This document shows positions 59,759-64,000 of a stretch of 64,000 bases of DNA, piece after piece. A program made the translations under genes and the position numbers. The stretch comes from Macrostomum lignano (lineage: Eukaryota): positions 62,001 through 126,000 of the forward strand of contig NIVC01000251.1 in assembly GCA_002269645.1 (NCBI GenBank), written 5' to 3'. How positions within the stretch are numbered: position 1 is the first letter of the stretch; every line of letters begins with the position of its first letter. The notes below the pieces were generated by a model. That model worked only from the letters and a program-made list of their open reading frames with translations. It had not been told where the DNA came from and made no database searches.

Positions 59759-62700
59759 TTTAGATAAATTCTCAAAATTATTAAAACCTGCAAACAAGAA
59801 TCTAACTTGAACATTCTGGAAACTATGTACATTAAGGCCAACAAAAACAAACTTAAATAACTAATTTGCAGGGAATAATAGAAGCCAACAACTGAATGTA
59901 TTCTGAGGTATGAAGGTACTTGTTTGTAATGTGAAAGGGCCTTGCTTTTTTGTTAAAAACTTCTATCTAAGTGGTATCTTTACTAGTTACTTTAGTTCTA
60001 TTTTTTTTATGGCTATATTCTATCAACTTTTGATATTGTATTGAATTTTTATGCAAAATATTTTGATTCTTTTTTAATCAAATCTTATAATATGTATCTA
60101 GTTTTGTGGTTGCCAATTTTTTATATATTATATTTTTTATATTACTTGCTAAACCACCTACTTTTAGAACCATAACCATGGTGACCAAGTCCCCATAGTC
60201 AGGATGATGTACATTACGCGGGAAATTTCTGGCGTACAATTGAAAATTTTACTTTTTTTGGCGTACAATTAGCGTAAAAAATGAGGCAAAATAAATTTGG
60301 CGTACCTTTTGGTGTGACGCCGTGGCATAAATACACCAAGCAGTGTACGCCAACTCCAACCTTCACGCCAAAGTTAATATTAACAATTGTTGGCATAACG
60401 CTGTAACCTCAGAATCTTATTATAAAATCATAAAAACCGTAAAACTCGTAAGATGAAAGTTCATAACTATTCCTGATTTATAAAAATTTAAAATTCCACA
60501 TAGACTAATTGTGTTAATTTTCTAAAAAAACTTCAACAAAAAATTGATTTTTGTTGGCATTATTTGTAAGCCAATTTACTTTAAATGAAAACCACACATT
60601 TGTTAAATTTTTATTGTTAAAAAAATGTGTAACACGCAAAAAAGGTCATTTATTGTCGCATAGCCTAGAAAACCTTGCGTAAGTTCCTAGGAACTTGGCA
60701 TACATTTCAGTATGAAGTGGCATAGATTTTTAAGGGACTTTTTATTCCAGCATATACCATGACATGATCCTAACTATGGCCAAGTCCCATTGGTACTTGT
60801 CCTCTTATATTAGTCAAAACACCATAACCAAAAATGAACAATGATACTAATTATTTCATGTTTGACTTTGAGGTCCTAGGTCTTAGCCCTTAAATTTTAG
60901 CTACCTGCCTGTTTCCCGTACCTATTTTGTATACACATGATCATATATATAAGATCCTTTTAAGTTTTTTGCTTTTTTTCTATTTTATCTATATATTACA
61001 TTATAATTTTATTTTTACATTTTTAAGTTTTTAAAAAATGAAATATTATTTGCAATTATAATATACAAAAAATCAATTCATACTATTTAAAAAACTAGAG
61101 GCTTTTATTTGTAAAAAAAATAGTTTTAAATATTTTTTTTTGTCTAGCCATTAATTGTATAATGATTAGGCTAGTTGTCTATTACAATGTAACTAGATAA
61201 CACTTGCACTTTTTATAGATTTGAATAGAATTTTATTTAGGTAAGACCAAAAATTAGTTTTTTGGCAAAACATATATTTATATTGTCTAACCTTCTTAGG
61301 CTAGTCTTTACTCTAAGTTTTGTTTATTCAAAATCTAGGCTACTTTATAAAATCTTAGGACTAGTACTAATAATGCTAGTTGTAAGCCTTTTAATTATTA
61401 AATATGATGTGTTAAAATTTATTAAATGATTTACATTATAACAAAATTAATTTTTTTACTTTCTATACTTGAAAAAAGTTTTCCAATTTAATATTAACTT
61501 AAATATTACTTTTTTTATTCATAAACCTATACTCTAGGTTTTTTAAGGTAGGAAATCCAGATGCCAACTGGCCTTTGGCTCGAGACTGAAAATCCAGTTG
61601 TTAATGCCAATGGCTATTTTAGTATTTTTTTTTGGTTAGTTAGACTAGCCAAATTAGCCAAATTCTTGAGGATAGATATTTCTAAAGCTTATAAAACATG
61701 TATGCACTGTATGACTCTGGGAATGAGATTGTCTGGGACTTGTTATTGACATTGTTGATTTTTGTAACTTAGCTTAGTATTTAAGCTAGTTTAGGCCTAA
61801 TAAATATCAATATCTCTTATACCTATAACTCAAATTGGCAACTGGCAAAGGAAAAATAAAGTTGCCAGATAGGCCTCTAATGCCAAAAATCCAGATTGTA
61901 AATGAGATTTTCAAAAGGCCAAAAATGCAAAAACATTGCATGGCCTAAAAAACTAGCTTATAATTATAATTAATGTAATAATCAAAAACCTTTTAAACTA
62001 TAATAATTAGCAAGAGCCAATTGAAAGGCTTATCTTTTAAGGAAATTTATTGTTTAATTAGACTTTCTCTTTAGTAACAACGACACAAGTAATCTGACCA
62101 AGTTAGTAATTTTAAGGATATTTAGAATTCTTACACTTACACTGCCTTAGGCATTCACTTAACTACTTTAGGAAAATTGGTAGGCCTAAAATTTAACAAT
62201 TTTCGAATTTTTTAGCCTAGGGGTGTAAGGTCTAAAAGCCTACTCATTTGACTTTTGTTTAGGTTCTTTTTCATGTTATTGACCTTAACAAAGACAATAT
62301 TTTTAAAGTAGGCCTCTAAATTAAGATTTTAAATACTTGTTTAATAATATAAATCTAATCTTAGTCTAAGACTGCGCCTACATAACGATTGTTTATAAAC
62401 TCCAATGTTATTTGGTGTAATCATCATCTAAAAACTTTGACAATACAAAGATGAAGATGATTAGGATAATAAAAAACAGAAATAAGACTGGGTTTGCATG
62501 GTAGATTTTTTCCGCGAAACAGTGTTCTTCCGTTAATTGTAAAATATGTTCACTATAACAAATCTTAACATACTGAAAAGCATAGGTCTAGTTTAGTAAA
62601 AAGCATTTTTTTATTTCTTTTAAGCAAATATTTAATATTTTAAAAAATGTTACATGCTTGTGTTTTTTGCTTTATGTGTAATATTTAAATAATTTACAAG

Positions 62701-63289
62701 ACTTGCAGGCTAAAAGCAGGCCTGGACTCTGTGCATTCCCGTCTTTGGTCAACATTTTTCATTGCTGCTATCAAATTCTAAAATGCGCTGTGAAGGCTCT
62801 TGTATCAATGCTTGAAATCATATATAACTTGCAAATCGGTAATTTTCAAAATTTCTCAGAAGTCAGTTTAGTTTGAAATAAAATAAAACAAAAATAATTA
62901 AATATCTACGCAGCCCGGCTCTTTCTCTCATATTATCGGTAGCTAGTAGTAGCTTTGATATTATGTCAAATCAATCTATACAGTTTGGTTTAAAACCATT
63001 ATAAAATTTATTGGAGCAATCTTTGGCCAGCCGAGTTAATGGCATCGATAATCTAAAAAATCAGCCTTAAGGCCAGTCGTAAATACATGTAAATAGACGG
63101 AAGTTGAGAGAGGAAAATGTCGAGGGTTCAGACAATACATGTACGTATAAATATTGTCTGACTGCTAACAGATGTACACCGTTCGGTGCAAGTGTACAAT
63201 TACGTTACATAGCAGAGAGAATGCAAATTCACAGCATCATCTCCGTGTAATGCATTTGCGGTGCCGCTTCTTGTTTGCCTGCCGTCTGG

Positions 63290-63830
63290 CGGTCGTAGTG
63301 TAGTTTATCTAGAATTCATCGGCTGATGTTTCAACGGCTGCCATCGGACAGATTAGACAGAGTGTTGCTCTCGCGTTTGACGACTGTCTGCACTTCGGAG
63401 ACACCATTCACTGCTCAGCTTTAATTTGTGCGCCTCGTCGGCCGGCAGACGCGCACACGGCACTCGACAGTCAGCACTGCGTCCTTCCGCAGCTGCCTCC
63501 GCTTGCACGTCCGGCGGAGGCTTCTGGCCTGCTGCTTTTGCTTCCGTGACACTGCGCCATAGGTCCGTCGCTGAATCAGTACTTGTTGCGTGGTTATTGA
63601 AAACGACCCTCGAAGCAGACGGAGAGCCCTTCGTCCCAGCATCAGTTCAGTCGGCGACTTCTTAGTCAGTACGTGATGGATGACCAATACATCAGCAGCA
63701 GCTTCTGAAGCACGGCCACCTGCTGCACCGGCACGCCAGTATGCAGAGTGGTCTTGATACTACGTAATGCGCAGATAACGGTTGATTTTGGAGGTGAGGT
63801 GGGTGTCAGAGCCAATGCAAATTCAACGCC
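63290..63830 (-). pseudogene. Decayed Gypsy-type integrase C-terminal remnant
   Basis: Minus strand with frameshifts: LQKLLLMY...LTKKSPTELMLGR...KQKQQ...KRRQL..DAVL and EVQTVVKRESNTLSNLSDGSR*NISR resemble the end of the integrase core and following beta-domain. Confidence 0.55.
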
Positions 63831-64000
63831 TATCTAAATGCATTAGACCTCTTCTAATTGGTCCAGACCCTCATTATGATTCATGTAAGTCATTATGTGA
63901 GATATTCATGCATGTAACTCTCATGTAAATCTAATTATACATGTAATCAGTGTACATTCCCATTAGTACATTGTGTCGTACAGAAGCGACGACCAGTACA

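Noticed and set aside
60190-60785. Old MITE candidate with CCATAG ends and internal TTGGCGTAC repeats
   Set aside because: Inverted match is short and imperfect; boundaries cannot be fixed.

Overview
This is eukaryotic (metazoan) genomic DNA with GT-AG introns and very dense, diverse 14-53 bp minisatellites and microsatellites. That architecture resembles a free-living flatworm such as Macrostomum; the species is an inference, not shown by the sequence. Eight protein-coding loci could be assembled by hand: a MED29/intersex-like gene with a long extension, two tandem HINT (HIT-family) copies (the first lacking its C-terminus), a TMEM70/186/223-like two-TM mitochondrial-type gene, a 4-exon folylpolyglutamate synthase (FPGS), a 6-exon melatonin-receptor-like GPCR, a 4-exon Dbx homeobox gene, and a 3-exon seven-finger C2H2 gene on the minus strand. 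Mobile remnants are a Tc1/IS630-type element with about 130-bp TIRs, a TA-flanked MITE, two RNase H-type non-LTR 3' fragments, a 788-bp TIR element with a TTTA target duplication, and a Gypsy-like integrase remnant. Most long ORFs in the supplied track are artefacts of tandem repeats. The most interesting signal is at the HINT pair: one copy has a genomic ATG exactly where the other has an in-frame CAG splice acceptor. FPGS likewise has an ATG-less, in-frame 43-codon leader behind an acceptor. Both fit start codons donated by an AUG-ending spliced leader, which remains a hypothesis to test.
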